The notes: generated by a model not told the origin, from the letters alone. Positions 1 to 15,000 are shown, numbered from the stretch's first letter. The stretch: DNA of 64,000 bases from Eledone cirrhosa (GCA_964016885.1 OZ024743.1:306466001-306530000); one strand, 5' to 3'. Program-made: numbers and translations.

Positions 1-3000
1 GGTAGTGATGGTGGTAGTGATGGTAGTGTTGGTGCTAGTGTTGCTGGTAGTGATGGTGGTAGTGATGATGGTAGTGATGGTGGTAGTGATGGTTGTGTTG
101 GTGGTAGTGTTGGTGGTAGTGTTGGTGGTAATGATGATGGTAGTATTGGTGGTAGTGATGGTGGTAGTGATGGTGGAAGTGATGGTACTGTTGGAGGTAG
201 TGATGATGTTAGTGATGGTGGTAGTGATGGTGGTAGTGATGGTGGTAGTGTTGGTGGTAGTGATGGTGGCAGTGATGGTGGTAGTGATGGTGGTGGTGAT
301 GGTGGTAGCGATGGTAGTGTTGGTGGTAGTGTTGGTGGTAGTGATGGTGGTAGCGATGGTAGTGTTGGTGGTAGTGATGGTGGTTGTGATGGTTGTAGTG
401 TTGGTGGTAGTGATGGTGGTAGTGATGGTGGTAGTGTAGGTGGTATTGACGATGGTAGTGATGGTGGTAGTGTTGGTGGTAGGTATGGTGGTAGTGTTGG
501 TGGTAGTGTTGGTGGTAGTGTTGGTGGTAATGATGGTTGTAGTGATGGTGGTAGTGATGGTGGTAGTGATGGTGGTAGTGTTGGTGGTAGTGATGGTGGT
601 AGTGTTGGTGGTAGTGATGGTTGTAGTGATGGTGGTAGTTATGGTTGTAGTGTTGGGGGTACTGATGGTGGTAACGATGGTAGTGTTGGTGGTAGTGATG
701 GTGGTAATGATGGTTGTAGTGATGGTGGTAGTGATGGTGGTAGTGATGGTGGTAGTGTTGGTGGTAGTGATGGTGGTAGTGTTGGTGGTAGTGATGGTGG
801 TAGTGATGGTGGTAGTTTTGGTGGTATTGACGATGGTAGTGATGGTGGTAGTGTTGGTAGTGTTGGTGGTAGTGTTGGTGGTAATGTTGGTGGTAGTGTT
901 GGTGGTAGTGATGGTTGTAGTGTTGGTGGCAGTGATGGTGGTAGTGTTGGTGCTAGTGATGGTGGTAATGATGGTAGTATTGGTGGTAGTGTTGGTGGTA
1001 GTGTTGGTTGTAGTATTGGTGGTAGTGATGGTGGTAGTGATGGTGGAAGTGATGGTGGTAGTGTTGGTGGTAGTGATGGTTGTAGTGATGATGGTAGTGA
1101 TGGTGGTAGTGATGGTGGTAGTGTTGGTGGTAGTGATGATGGTAGTGTTGGTGGTAGTGATGGTGGTAGTGATGGTGGTAGTGTTGGTGGTATTGACGAT
1201 GTGTATTGACGATGGTGGTAGTATTGATAGTGTTGGTGGTAGTGTTGGTGGTAATGTTGGTGGTAGTGATGGTGGTAGCGATGGTAGTGTTGGTGGTAGT
1301 GATGGTTGTAGTGTTGGTGGCAGTGATGGTGGTAGTGTTGGTGCTAGTGATGCTGGTAATGATGGTAGTATTGGTGGTAGTGTTGGTGGTAGTGTTGGTG
1401 GTAGTATTGGGGGTAGTGATGGTGGTAGTGATGGTAGTGTTGGTGCTAGTGTTGCTGGTAGTGATGGTGGTAGTGATGATGGTAGTCATGGTGGTAGTGA
1501 TGGTAGTGTTGGTGGTAGTGTTGTTGGTAGTGTTGGTGGTAATGATGGTGGTAGTATTGGTAGTAGTGATGGTGGTAGTGATGGTGGTAGTGTTGGTGCT
1601 AGTGAAGGTGGTAGTGATGGTGGTAGTGTTGGTGGTAGTGTTGGTGGTAGTGTTGGTGGTAGTGATGGTGGTAGTGATGTTGGTAGTGATGGTGGTAGTG
1701 TTGGTGGTAGTGTTGGTGGTAGTGTTGGTGGTAGTGGTGGTGGTATTGATGGTGGTAGTGATGGTGGTAGTGATGGTGGTAGTGATGATATAGTTGGCGG
1801 TAGTGATGGTGGTAGTGTTGGTGGTAGTGTTGGTGGTAGTGTTGGTGGTAGTGTTGGTGGTAGTGTTGGTGGTAGTGATGGTGGTATTGATGGTGGTGTT
1901 GGTGGTAGTGATGGTAGTGTTGGTGGTAGTGATGGTGGTATTGATGGTGGTGTTGGTGGTAGTGATGGTGGTAGAGATGATGGCAGTGATGGTGGTAGTG
2001 TTGATTGGTAGTGATGGTGGTAGTGATGGTGGTAGTGATGGTGGTAGTGTTGGTTGTAGTGATGGTGGTATTGATGGTGGTAGTGATGGTGGTAGTGTTG
2101 GTGGTAGTGATGGTAGTGTTGGTGGTAGTGATCGTGGCAGTGATGGTGTTATTGGTGGTAGTGTGGTGGTATTGATGGTGGTAGTGATGGTGGTAGTGAT
2201 GGTGGTAGTGTTGGTGGTAGTGATGGTGGTCGTGTTGGTGGTAGTGATGATGGTAGTGATGGTGCTAGTGATGGTAGTGTTGGTGGTAGTGTTGGTGGTA
2301 GTGTGGTGGTAATGATGGTGGTAGTGATGGTAGTGTTGGTGGTAGTGTTGGTGGTAGTGATGGTGGTAGTGATGGTGGTAGTGATGGTGTTAGTGATGGT
2401 GGTAGTGATGGTAGTGTTGGTGGTAGTGATGGTGGCAGTGATGGTGGTAGTGATGGTAGTGATGGTGGTAGTGTTGGTGGTAGTGTTGGTGGTAGTGATG
2501 GTGGTGGTGATGGTGGTAGTGATGGTGGTAGTGATGGTGGTAGTGATGGTAGTGTTGGTTGTAGTGATGATGTTAGTGATGGTGGTAGTGATGGTGGTAG
2601 TGATGGTGGTAGTGTTGGTGGTAGTGATGGTGGCAGTGATGGTGGTAGTGATGGTAGTGTTGGTGGTAGTGTTGGTGGTAGTGATGGTGGTAGCGATGGT
2701 AGTGTTGGTGGTAGTGATGCTGGTAGTGATGGTTGTAGTGATGGTGTTAGTGATGGTGGTAGTGATGGTGGTAGTGTTGGTGGTAGTGATGGTGGTAGTG
2801 TTGGTGGTAGTGATTTTGGTAGTGTTGGTGGTAGTGATGGTGGTAGTGATGGTGGTAGTGTTGGTGGTAGTGATGGTGGTAGTGATGGTGGAAGTGATGG
2901 TGGTAGTGATGGTGGTATTGATTGTGATAGTGATGGTGGTAGTGTTGGTGGTAGTGTTGGTTGTAGTATTGGTGGTAGTGATGGTGGTAGTGATGGTGGA

Positions 3001-6000
3001 AGTGATGGTGGTAGTGTTGGTGGTAGTGTTGGTGGTAGTATTGGTGGTAGTGATGGTGCTAGTGATGGTGGTAGTGTTGGTGGTAGTGTTGGTGGTATTG
3101 TTGGTGGTAGTGATGGTTAGTAGTGATGGTGGTAGTGATGGTGGTAGTGATGGTGGTAGTGACGGTGGTAGTGTTGGTGGTAGTGTTGGTGGTAGTGATG
3201 GTGGTAGTGATGGTGGTAGTGATGGTGGTAGTGATGGTAGTGGTGTTGGTAGTGATCGTGGTAGTGATAGTGGTATTGGTGGTAGTGATGGTGGTAGTGT
3301 TGGTGGTAGTGTTAGTGGTAGTGATGGTGATAGTGATGGTGGTAGTGATGGTGGTAGTGTTGGTGGTAGTGTTGGTGGTAGTGTTGGTGGTAGTGTTGGT
3401 GGTAGTGATGGTGGTATTGATGGTGGTGTTGGTGGTAGTGATGGTAGTGTTGGTGGTAGTGATGGTGCTAGTGATGGTGGTATTGATGGTGGTATTGATA
3501 GTGGTGTTGGTGGTAGTGATGGTGGTATTGATGATGGTAGTGTAGGTAGTGTGGTCGTAGTGTTGGTTGTAGTGATGGTGGTAGTGATGGTAGTGTTGGT
3601 GGTAGTGTTGGTGGTAGTGATGGTGGTAGTGATGGTGGTAGTGATGGTGGTAGTGATGATGGTAGTGTTGGTGGTAGTGGTGGTGGTAGTTTTGGTGGTA
3701 GTGATGGTGGTAGTGATGGTGTTAGTGATGGTAGTGTTGGTTGTAGTGATGGTGGTATTGATGGTGGTAGTGATGGTGGTAGTTTTGGTGGTAGTGATGG
3801 TAGTGTTGGTGGTAGTGATCGTGGCAGTGATGGTGTTATTGGTGGTAGTGTGGTGGTAGTGTTGGTGGTAGTGATGGTGGTGGTGATGGTGGTAGTGATG
3901 GTGGTAGTGATGGTGGTAGTGATGGTAGTGTTGGTGGTAGTGATGATGTTAGTGATGGTGGTAGTGATGGTAGTGTTGGTGGTAGTGATGGTGGTACTGT
4001 TGGTGGTAGTGATGGTGGCAGTGATTGTGGTAGTGTTGGTGGTAGTGATGGTGGTAGTGTTGGTGGTAGTGATGGTGGCAGTGATTGTGGTAGTGATGGT
4101 AGTGTTGGTGGTAGTGTTGGTGGTAGTGTTGGTGGTAATGATGGTGGTATTGATGGTAGTGTTGGTGGTAGTATTGGTCGTAGTGATGGTGGTCGTGATG
4201 GTGGTAGTGATGGTGGTAGTGATGGTAGTGTTGGTGGTAGTGATGGTGGTAGTGTTGGTGGTAGTGATGGTGGCAGTGATTGTGGTAGTGATGGTAGTGT
4301 TGGTGGTAGTGTTGGTGGTAGTGTTGGTGGTAATGATGGTTAGTAGTGATGGTGGTAGTGATGGTGGTAGTGACGGTGGTAGTGTTGGTGGTAGTGTTGG
4401 TGGTAGTTTTGGTGGTAGTGATGGTGGTAGTGATGGTGGTAGTGTTGGTGGTAGTGTTGGTGGTAGTGTTGGTGGTAGTGATGGTGGTAGTGATGGTGGT
4501 AGTGATGGTGGTATTGGTGGTAGTGTTGGTGGTAGTGTTGGTGGTAGTGATGGTGGTGGTGATGGTGGTAGTGATGGTGGTAGTGATGGTGGTAGTGATG
4601 GTAGTGTTGGTGGTAGTGATGATGTTAGTGATGGTGGTAGTGATGGTGCTAGCGATGGTGGTAGTGTTGGTGGTAGTGATGGTAGTGTTGGTGGTAGTGT
4701 TGGTGGTAGTGATGGTGGTAGAGATGGTAGTGTTGGTGGTAGTGATGGTGGTAGTGTTGGTGGTAGTGATGGTGGTAGTGATGGTGGTAGTTATGGTGGT
4801 AGTGTTGGAAGTGTTGGTGGTAGTGTTGGTGGTAGTGATGGTAGGGATGGTGGTAGTGTTGGTGGTAGTGATGATGGTAGTGATGGTGGTAGTGTTGGTA
4901 GTGTTGGTGGTAGTGTTGGTGGTAGTCATGGTAGTGATGGTGGTAGTGTTGGTAGTGTTGGTGGTAGTGTTGGTGTTAGTGATGTTGGTAGTGTTGTTGG
5001 CAGTGATGGTGGTAGTGTTGGTGGTAGTGATGGTGGTAGTGGTGGTGGTAGTGATGATGGTAGTGATGGTGGTAGTGATGGTAGTGTTGGTGGTGAGTGT
5101 TGGTGGTAGTGATGGTGGTAATGATGGTGGTAGTGATGGTAGTGTTGGTGGTAGTGTTGGTGGTAGTGACGTTTGTAGTGATGGTGGTAGTGATGGTGGT
5201 AGTGATGGCGGTAGTGATGGTGGTAGTGATGGTAGTTTTGGTGGTAGTGTTGGTGGTAGTGTTGGTGGTAGTGTTGGTGGTAGTGATGGTAGTGTTGGTG
5301 GTAGTGATGATGTTAGTGATGGTGGTAGTGACGGTGGTAGTGATGGTGGTAGTGTTGGTGGTAGTGATGATGTTAGTGATGGTGGTAGTGACGGTGGTAG
5401 TGATGGTGGTAGTGTTGGTGGTAGTGATGATGGTAGTGACGGTGGTAGTGATGGTGGTAGTGTTGGTGGCAGTGATGGTGGTAGTGATGGTAGTGTTGGT
5501 GGTAGTGTTGGTGGTAGTGATGGTGGTAGCGATGGTAGTGTTGGTGGTAGTGATGGTGGTAGTGATGGTTGTAGTGATGATGGTAGTGATGGTGGTAGTG
5601 ATGGTGGTAGTGTTGGTGGTAGTGATGGTTGTTGGTGGCAGTGATGGTGGTAGTGATGGTAGTGTTGGTGGTAGTGTTGGTGGTAGTGATGGTGGTAGCG
5701 ATGGTAGTGTTGGTGGTAGTGATGGTGGTAGTGATGGTTGTAGTGATGATGGTAGTGATGGTGGTAGTGATGGTGGTAGTGTTGGTGGTAGTGATGGTGG
5801 TAGTGTTGGTGGTAGTGATGGTGGTAGTGATGGTGGTAGTGTTGGTGGTATTGACGATGGTAGTGATGGTGATAGTGTTGGTAGTGTTGGTGGTAGTGTT
5901 GGTGGTAATGTTGGTGGTAGTGATGGTGGTAGCGATGGTAGTGTTGGTGGTAGTGATGGTTGTAGTGTTGGTGGCAGTGATGGTGGTAGTGTTGGTGCTA

Positions 6001-9000
6001 GTGATGGTGGTAATGATGGTAGTATTGGTGGTAGTGTTGGTGGTAGTGTTGGTGGTAGTATTGGGGGTAGTGATGGTGGTAGTGATGGTAGTGTTGGTGC
6101 TAGTGTTGCTGGTAGTGATGGTGGTAGTGATGATGGTAGTCATGGTGGTAGTGATGGTAGTGTTGGTGGTAGTGTTGGTGGTAGTGTTGGTGGTAATGAT
6201 GGTGGTAGTATTGGTGGTAGTGATGGTGGTAGTGATGGTGGTAGTGTTGCTGGTAGTGTTGGTGGTAGTATTGGTGCTAGTGAAGGTGGTATTTTGGTGG
6301 TAGTGTTGGTGGTAGTGTTGGTGGTAGTGGTGGTGGTATTGATGGTGGTAGTGATGGTGTTAGTGATGGTGGTAGTGATGATATAGTTGGCGGTAATGAT
6401 GGTGGTAGTGATGGTGGTAGTATTGGTGGTAGTGTTGTTGGTAGTGATGGTGATAGTGATGGTGGTAGTGATGGTGGTAGTGTTGGTGGTAGTGTTGGTG
6501 GTAGTGTTGGTGGTAGTGTTGGTGGTAGTGATGGTGGTATTGATGGTGGTGTTGGTGGTAGTGATGGTAGTGTTGGTGGTAATGATGGTGGTATTGATGG
6601 TGGTGTTGGTGGTAGTGATGGTGGTAGAGTTGATGGCAGTGATGGTGGTAGTGTTGATTGGTAGTGATGGTGGTAGTGATGGTGGTAGTGATGGTGGTAG
6701 TGATGGTGGTAGTGTTGGTTGTAGTGATGGTGGTATTGATGGTGGTAGTGATGGTGGTAGTGTTGGTGGTAGTGATGGTAGTGTTGGTGGTAGTGATCGT
6801 GGCAGTGATGGTGTTATTGGTGGTAGTGTGGTGGTATTGATGGTGGTAGTGATGGTGGTAGTGATGGTGGTAGTGTTGGTGGTAGTGATGGTGGTCGTGT
6901 TGGTGGTAGTGATGATGGTAGTGATGGTGCTAGTGATGGTAGTGCTGGTGGTATTGTTGGTGGTAGTGTTGGAGGTAATGATGGTGGTAGTGATGGTAGT
7001 GTTGGTGGTAGTGTTGGTGGTAGTGATGGTGGTAGTGATGGTGGTAGTGATGGTGTTAGTGATGGTGGTAGTGATGGTAGTGTTGGTGGTAGTGATGGTG
7101 GCAGTGATGGTGGTAGTGATGGTAGTGATGGTGGTAGTGTTGGTGGTAGTGTTGGTGGTAGTGATGGTGGTGGTGATGGTGGTAGTGATGGTGGTAGTGA
7201 TGGTGGTAGTGATGGTGGTAGTGATGGTGGTAGTGATGATATAGTTGGTGGTAATGATGGTGGTAGTGATGGTGGTAGTATTGGTGGTAGTGTTGGTGGT
7301 AGTGATGGTAGTGTTGGTGGTAGTGTTGGTGGTAGTGTTGGTGGTAGTGATGGTGGTGGTGATGGTGGTAGTGATGGTGGTAGTGATGGTGGTAGTGATG
7401 GTAGTGTTGGTGGTAGTGATGATGTTAGTGATGGTGGTAGTGATGGTAGTGTTGGTGGTAGTGATGGTGGTACTGTTGGTGGTAGTGATGGTGGCAGTGA
7501 TTGTGGTAGTGTTGGTGGTAGTGATGGTGGTAGTGTTGGTGGTAGTGATGGTGGCAGTGATTGTGGTAGTGATGGTAGTGTTGGTGGTAGTGTTGGTGGT
7601 AGTGTTGGTGGTAATGATGGTGGTATTGATGGTAGTGTTGGTGGTAGTATTGGTGGTAGTGATGGTGGTCGTGATGGTGGTGGTGATGGTGGTAGTGATG
7701 GTAGTGTTGTTGGTAGTGATGGTGGTAGTGTTGGTGGTAGTGATGGTGGCAGTGATTGTGGTAGTGATGGTAGTGTTGGTGGTAGTGTTGGTGGTAGTGT
7801 TGGTGGTAATGATGGTTAGTAGTGATGGTGGTAGTGATGGTGGTAGTGATGGTGGTAGTGACGGTGGTAGTGTTGGTGGTAGTGTTGGTGGTAGTTTTGG
7901 TGGTAGTGATGGTGGTAGTGATGGTGGTAGTGTTGGTGGTAGTGTTGGTGGTAGTGTTGGTGGTAGTGATGGTGGTAGTGATGGTGGTAGTGATGGTGGT
8001 ATTGGTGGTAGTGTTGGTGGTAGTGTTGGTGGTAGTGATGGTGGTGGTGATGGTGGTAGTGATGGTGGTAGTGATGGTGGTAGTGATGGTAGTGTTGGTG
8101 GTAGTGATGATGTTAGTGATGGTGGTAGTGATGGTGCTAGTGATGGTGGTAGTGTTGGTGGTAGTGATGGTGGCAGTGATGGTGGTAGTGATGGTAGTGT
8201 TGGTGGTAGTGTTGGTGGTAGTGATGGTGGTAGAGATGGTAGTGTTGGTGGTAGTGATGGTGGTAGTGTTGGTGGTAGTGATGGTGGTAGTGATGGTGGT
8301 AGAGATGGTAGTGTTGGTGGTAGTGATGGTGTTAGTGTTGGTGGTAGTGATGGTGGTAGTGATGGTGGTAGTTATGGTGGTAGTGTTGGTAATGTTGGTG
8401 GTAGTGTTGGTGGTAGTGATGGTAGTGATGGTGGTAGTGTTGGTGGTAGTGATGATGGTAGTGATGGTGGTAGTGTTGGTAGTGTTGGTGGTAGTGTTGG
8501 TGGTAGTGATGGTAGTGATGGTGGTAGTGTTGGTAGTGTTGGTGGTAGTGTTGGTGTTAGTGATGTTGGTAGTGTTGTTGGCAGTGATGGTGGTAGTGTT
8601 GGTGGTAGTGATGGTGGTAGTGGTGGTGGTAGTGATGATGGTAGTGATGGTGGTAGTGATGGTAGTGTTGGTGGTGAGTGTTGGTGGTAGTGATGGTGGT
8701 AATGATGGTGGTAGTGATGGTAGTGTTGGTGGTAGTGTTGGTGGTAGTGACGTTTGTAGTGATGGTGGTAGTGATGGTGGTAGTGATGGCGGTAGTGATG
8801 GTGGTAGTGATGGTAGTGTTGGTGGTAGTGTTGGTGGTAGTGTTGGTGGTAGTGTTGGTGGTAGTGATGGTAGTGTTGGTGGTAGTGATGATGTTAGTGA
8901 TGGTGGTAGTGATGGTGCTAGTGATGGTGGTAGTGTTGGTGGTAGTGATGGTGGCAGTGATGGTGGTAGTGATGGTAGTGTTGGTGGTAGTGTTGGTGGT

Positions 9001-12000
9001 AGTGATGGTGGTAGAGATGGTAGTGTTGGTGGTAGTGATGGTGGTAGTGTTGGTGGTAGTGATGGTGGTAGTGATGGTGGTAGTTATGGTGGTAGTGTTG
9101 GTAGTGTTGGTGGTAGTGTTGGTGGTAGTGATGGTAGTGATGGTGGTAGTGTTGGTGGTAGTGATGATGGTAGTGATGGTGGTAGTGTTGGTAGTGTTGG
9201 TGGTAGTGTTGGTGGTAGTCATGGTAGTGATGGTGGTAGTGTTGGTAGTGTTGGTGGTAGTGTTGGTGTTAGTGATGTTGGTAGTGTTGTTGGCAGTGAT
9301 GGTGGTAGTGTTGGTGGTAGTGATGGTGGTAGTGGTGGTGGTAGTGATGATGGTAGTGATGGTGGTAGTGATGGTAGTGTTGGTGGTGAGTGTTGGTGGT
9401 AGTGATGGTGGTAATGATGGTGGTAGTGATGGTAGTGTTGGTGGTAGTGTTGGTGGTAGTGATGTTTGTAGTGATGGTGGTAGTGATGGTGGTAGTGATG
9501 GCGGTAGTGATGGTGGTAGTGATGGTAGTGTTGGTGGTAGTGTTGGTGGTAGTGTTGGTGGTAGTGTTGGTGGTAGTGATGGTAGTGTTGGTGGTAGTGA
9601 TGATGTTAGTGATGGTGGTAGTGACGGTGGTAGTGATGGTGGTAGTGTTGGTGGTAGTGATGATGTTAGTGATGGTGGTAGTGACGGTGGTAGTGATGGT
9701 GGTAGTGTTGGTGGTAGTGATGATGGTAGTGACGGTGGTAGTGATGGTGGTAGTGTTGGTGGCAGTGATGGTGGTAGTGATGGTAGTGTTGGTGGTAGTG
9801 TTGGTGGTAGTGATGGTGGTAGTGTTGGTGGTAGTGATGGTGGTAGTGATGGTGGTAGTGTTGGTGGTATTGACGATGGTAGTGATGGTGATAGTGTTGG
9901 TAGTGTTGGTAGTAGTGTTGGTGGTAATGTTGGTGGTAGTGATGGTGGTAGCGATGGTAGTGTTGGTGGTAGTGATGGTTGTAGTGTTGGTGGCAGTGAT
10001 GGTGGTAGTGTTGGTGCTAGTGATGGTGGTAATGATGGTAGTATTGGTGGTAGTGTTGGTGGTAGTGTTGGTGGTAGTATTGGGGGTAGTGATGGTGGTA
10101 GTGATGGTAGTGTTGGTGCTAGTGTTGCTGGTAGTGATGGTGGTAGTGATGATGGTAGTCATGGTGGTAGTGATGGTAGTGTTGGTGGTAGTGTTGGTGG
10201 TAGTGTTGGTGGTAATGATGGTGGTAGTATTGGTGGTAGTGATGGTGGTAGTGATGGTGGTAGTGTTGCTGGTAGTGTTGGTGGTAGTATTGGTGCTAGT
10301 GAAGGTGGTAGTGATGGTGGTAGTGTTGCTGGTAGTGTTGGTGGTAGTGTTGGTGGTAGTGATGGTGGTAGTGATGGTGGTATTGATGGTGGTAGTGTTG
10401 GTGGTAGTGTTGGTGGTAGTGTTGGTGGTAGTGGTGGTGGTATTGATGGTGGTAGTGATGGTGGTAGTGATGGTGGTAGTGATGATATAGTTGGCGGTAA
10501 TGATGGTGGTAGTGATGGTGGTAGTATTGGTGGTAGTGTTGTTGGTAGTGATGGTGATAGTGATGGTGGTAGTGATGGTGGTAGTGTTGGTGGTATTGTT
10601 GGTCGTAGTGTTGGTGGTAGTGTTGGTGGTAGTGATGGTGGTATTGATGGTGGTGTTGGTGGTAGTGATGGTAGTGTTGGTGGTAGTGATGGTGGTATTG
10701 ATGGTGGTGTTGGTGGTAGTGATGGTGGTAGATATGATGGCAGTGATGGTGGTAGTGTTGATTGGTAGTGAAGGTGGTAGTGATGGTGGTAGTGATGGTG
10801 GTAGTGATGGTGGTAGTGTTGGTTGTAGTGATGGTGGTATTGATGGTGGTAGTGATGGTGGTAGTGTTGGTGGTAGTGATGGTAGTGTTGGTGGTAGTGA
10901 TCGTGGCAGTGATGGTGTTATTGGTGGTAGTGTGGTGGTATTGATGGTGGTAGTGATGGTGGTAGTGATGGTGGTAGTGTTGGTGGTAGTGATGGTGGTC
11001 GTGTTGGTGGTAGTGATGATGGTAGTGATGGTGCTAGTGATGGTAGTGCTGGTGGTAGTGTTGGTGGTAGTGTTGGAGGTAATGATGGTGGTAGTGATGG
11101 TAGTGTTGGTGGTAGTGTTGGTGGTAGTGATGGTGGTAGCGATGGTGGTAGTGATGGTAGTGTTGGTGGTAGTGATGGTGGCAGTGATGGTGGTAGTGAT
11201 GGTAGTGATGGTGGTAGTGTTGGTGGTAGTGTTGGTGGTAGTGATGGTGGTGGTGATGGTGGTAGTGATGGTGGTAGTGATGGTGGTAGTGATGGTAGTG
11301 TTGGTGGTAGTGATGATGTTAGTGATGGTGGTAGTGATGGTGGTAGTGATGGTGGTAGTGTTGGTGGTAGTGATGGTGGCAGTGATGGTGGTAGTGATGG
11401 TAGTGTTGGTGGTAGTGTTGGTGGTAGTGATGGTGGTAGCGATGGTAGTGTTGATGGTAGTAATGCTGGTAGTGATGGTTGTAGTGATTGTGTTAGTGAT
11501 GGTGGTAGTGATGGTGGTAGTGTTGGTGGTAGTGATGGTGGTAGTGTTGGTGGTAGTGATGGTGGTAGTGTTGGTGGTAGTGATGGTGGTAGTGATGGTG
11601 GAAGTGATGGTGGTAGTGATGGTTGTAGTGATTGTGATAGTGATGGTGGTAGTGTTGGTGGTAGTGTTGGTGGTAGTATTGGTGGTAGTGATAGTGGTAG
11701 TGATGGTGGAGGTGATGGTGGTAGTGTTGGTGGTAGTGTTGGTGGTAGTATTGGTGGTAGTGATGGTGGTAGTGATGGTGGTAGTGTTGGTGGTAGTGTT
11801 GGTGGTAGTGTTGGTGGTAGTGATGGTTAGTAGTGATGGTGGTAGTGATGGTGGTAGTGATGGTGGTAGTGACGGTGGTAGTGTTGGTGGTAGTGTTGGT
11901 GGTAGTGATGGTGGTAGTGATGGTGGTAGTGATGGTGGTAGTGATGGTAGTGGTGTTGGTAGTGATCGTGGTAGTGATGGTGGTATTGGTGGTAGTGATG

Positions 12001-15000
12001 GTGGTAGTGTTGGTGGTAGTGTTAGTGGTAGTGATGGTGATAGTGATGGTGGTAGTGATGGTGGTAGTGTTGGTGGTAGTGTTGGTGGTAGTGTTGGTGG
12101 TAGTGTTGGTGGTAGTGATGGTGGTATTGATGGTGGTGTTGGTGGTAGTGATGGTAGTGTTGGTGGTAGTGATGGTGCTAGTGATGGTGGTATTGATGGT
12201 GGTATTGATGGTGGTGTTGGTGGTAGGGATGGTGGTATTGATGATGGTAGTGTAGGTAGTGTGGTCGTAGTGTTGGTTGTAGTGATGGTGGTAGTGATGG
12301 TAGTGTTGGTGGGAGTGTTGGTGGTAGTGATGGTGGTAGTGATGGTGGTAGTGATGGTGGTAGTGATGATGGTAGTGTTGGTGGTAGTGTTGGTGGTAGT
12401 TTTGGTGGTAGTGATGGTGGTAGTGATGGTGTTAGTGATGGTAGTGTTGGTTGTAGTGATGGTGGTATTGATGGTGGTAGTGATGGTGGTAGTGTTGGTG
12501 GTAGTGATGGTAGTGTTGGTGGTATTGATCGTGGCAGTGATGGTGTTATTGGTGGTAGTGTGGTGGTATTGATGGTGGTAGTGATGGTGGTAGTGATGGT
12601 GGTAGTGTTGGTGGTAGTGATGGTGGTAGTGTTTGTGGTAGTGATGATGGTAGTGATGGTGCTAGTGATGGTAGTGTTGATGGTAGTTTTGGTGGTAGTG
12701 TTGGTGGTAATGATGGTGGTAGTGATGGTAGTGTTGGTGGTAGTGTTGGTGGTAGTGATGGTGGTAGTGATGGTGGTAGTGTTGGTGGTAGTGTTGGTGG
12801 TAGTGATGGTGGTGGTGATGGTGGTAGTGATGGTGGTAGTGATGGTGGTAGTGATGGTAGTGTTGGTGGTAGTGATGATGTTAGTGATGGTGGTAGTGAT
12901 GGTAGTGTTGGTGGTAGTGATGGTGGTAGTGTTGGTGGTAGTGATGGTGGCAGTGATTGTGGTAGTGTTGGTGGTAGTGTTGGTGGTAGTGATGGTGGTA
13001 GTGATGGTGGTAGTGTTGGTGGTAGTGTTGGTGGTAGTGATGGTGGTGGTGATGGTGGTAGTGATGGTGGTAGTGATGATGGTAGTGATGGTAGTGTTGG
13101 TGGTAGTGATGATGTTAGTGATGGTGGTAGTGATGTGGTGGGTGATGTGTGGTGTGGTGGTGTGTGGTGGGGTGTGTGGTGGTTGGTGTTGGGTGGTAGT
13201 GGGTGGTTGGTGTGGTGGGGTGTTGGTGGGTGGTGTGGTGGTGGTTGTGTGGTGGTTGGTGGTGGTTGGTGGTGGTATTGTGGTTGTGGTGGTGGTGGTG
13301 TGGGTGGTGGTGAGTGGTGGTGGTGTTGGTGGTAGTGTTGGTGGTAGTGTTGGTGGTGGTTGGTGGGTGATGGTGGTTGTGGTGGTGGTGGTGGGGTGGT
13401 GTGGTGGTGGTAGTGTTGGTGGTGGTGTTGGTGGTTGTGTTGGTGGGTAGTGTGGTGGTTGGTGATGGTGGTAGTGGGTGGTGTGTGGTGGTGGGTGGTG
13501 TGTGGTGGTGGGTGGTGTGTGTTGGTGGGTGTGGTAGTGGGTGGTGGTGGGTGGTGTGTGGTGGGTGTGTGGTGGTGTGTTGGTGGTTGGGGTGTTGGTG
13601 GTGTGTGGGTGGTAGTGATGGTGGGTGTGGGTGGTAGTGGTGTGTGTGGTGTCGTGTGGTGGGTAGTGTGGTGGTAGTGATGGTGGGTGTGGTGGTAGTG
13701 GTGGTAGTGGTGGTGGTAGTGATGTGGTAGGTGTGGTGGTGGTGGTGTGTTGGTGGTAGTGTTGGTGGTTGTGATGGTGGTAGTGATGTGGTAGTGTTGG
13801 TGGTATGGTGGTAGTGATGGTGGTAGTGTTGGTGTGTGGTGTGTGTTGGTGTGTGTTGGTGGTAGTGGTGGGTAGTGGTGGTGGGTGATGGTGGTAGTGT
13901 TGGTGGTAGTGTTGGTGTTAGTGTTGGTGGTAGTGATGGTTAGTAGTGATGGTGGTAGTGATGGTGGTAGTGATGGTGGTAGTGATGATAGTGGTGTTGG
14001 TAGTGATCGTGGTAGTGATGGTGGTATTGGTGGTAGTGATGCTGGTAGTGTTGGTGGTAGTGTTAGTGGTAGTGATGGTGATAGTGATGGTGGTAGTGAT
14101 GGTGGTAGTGTTGGTGGTAGTGTTGGTGGTAGTGTTGGTGGTAGTGTTGGTGGTAGTGATGGTGGTATTGATGGTGGTGTTGGTGGTAGTGATGGTAGTG
14201 TTGGTGGTAGTGATGGTGCTAGTGATGGTGGTATTGATGGTGGTATTGATGGTGGTGTTGGTGGTAGTGATGGTGGTAGTGATGGTGGTAGTGATGGTAG
14301 TGGTGTTGGTAGTGATCGTGGTAGTGATGGTGGTATTGGTGGTAGTGATGGTGGTAGTGTGGTCGTAGTGTTGGTTGTAGTGATGGTGCTAGTGATGGTA
14401 GTGTTGGTGGTAGTGTTGGTGGTATTGATGGTGGTAGTGATGGTGGTAGTGATGGTGGTAGTGATGATGGTAGTGTTGGTGGTAGTGTTGGTGGTAGTTT
14501 TGGTGGTAGTGATGGTGGTAGTGATGGTGGTAGTGTTGGTGGTAGTGATGGTAGTGTTGGTGGTAGTGATCGTGGCAGTGATGGTGTTATTGGTGGTAGT
14601 GTGGTGGTATTGATGGTGGTAGTGATTGTGGTACTGATGGTGGTAGTGTTGGTGGTAGTGATGGTGGTAGTGTTGGTGGTAGTGATGATGGTAGTGATGG
14701 TGCTAGTGATGGTAGTGTTGATGGTAGTGTTGGTGGTAGTGTTGGTGGTAATGATGGTGGTAGTGATGGTAGTGTTGGTGGTAGTGTTGGTGGTAGTGAT
14801 GGTGGTAGTGATGGTGGTAGTGTTGGTGGTAGTGTTGGTGGTAGTGATGGTGGTGGTGATGGTGGTAGTGATGGTGGTAGTGATGGTGGTAGTGATGGTA
14901 GTGTTGGTGGTAGTGATGATGTTAGTGATAGTGGTAGTGATGGTAGTGTTGGTGGTAGTGATGGTGGTAGTGTTGGTGGTAGTGATGGTGGCAGTGATTG

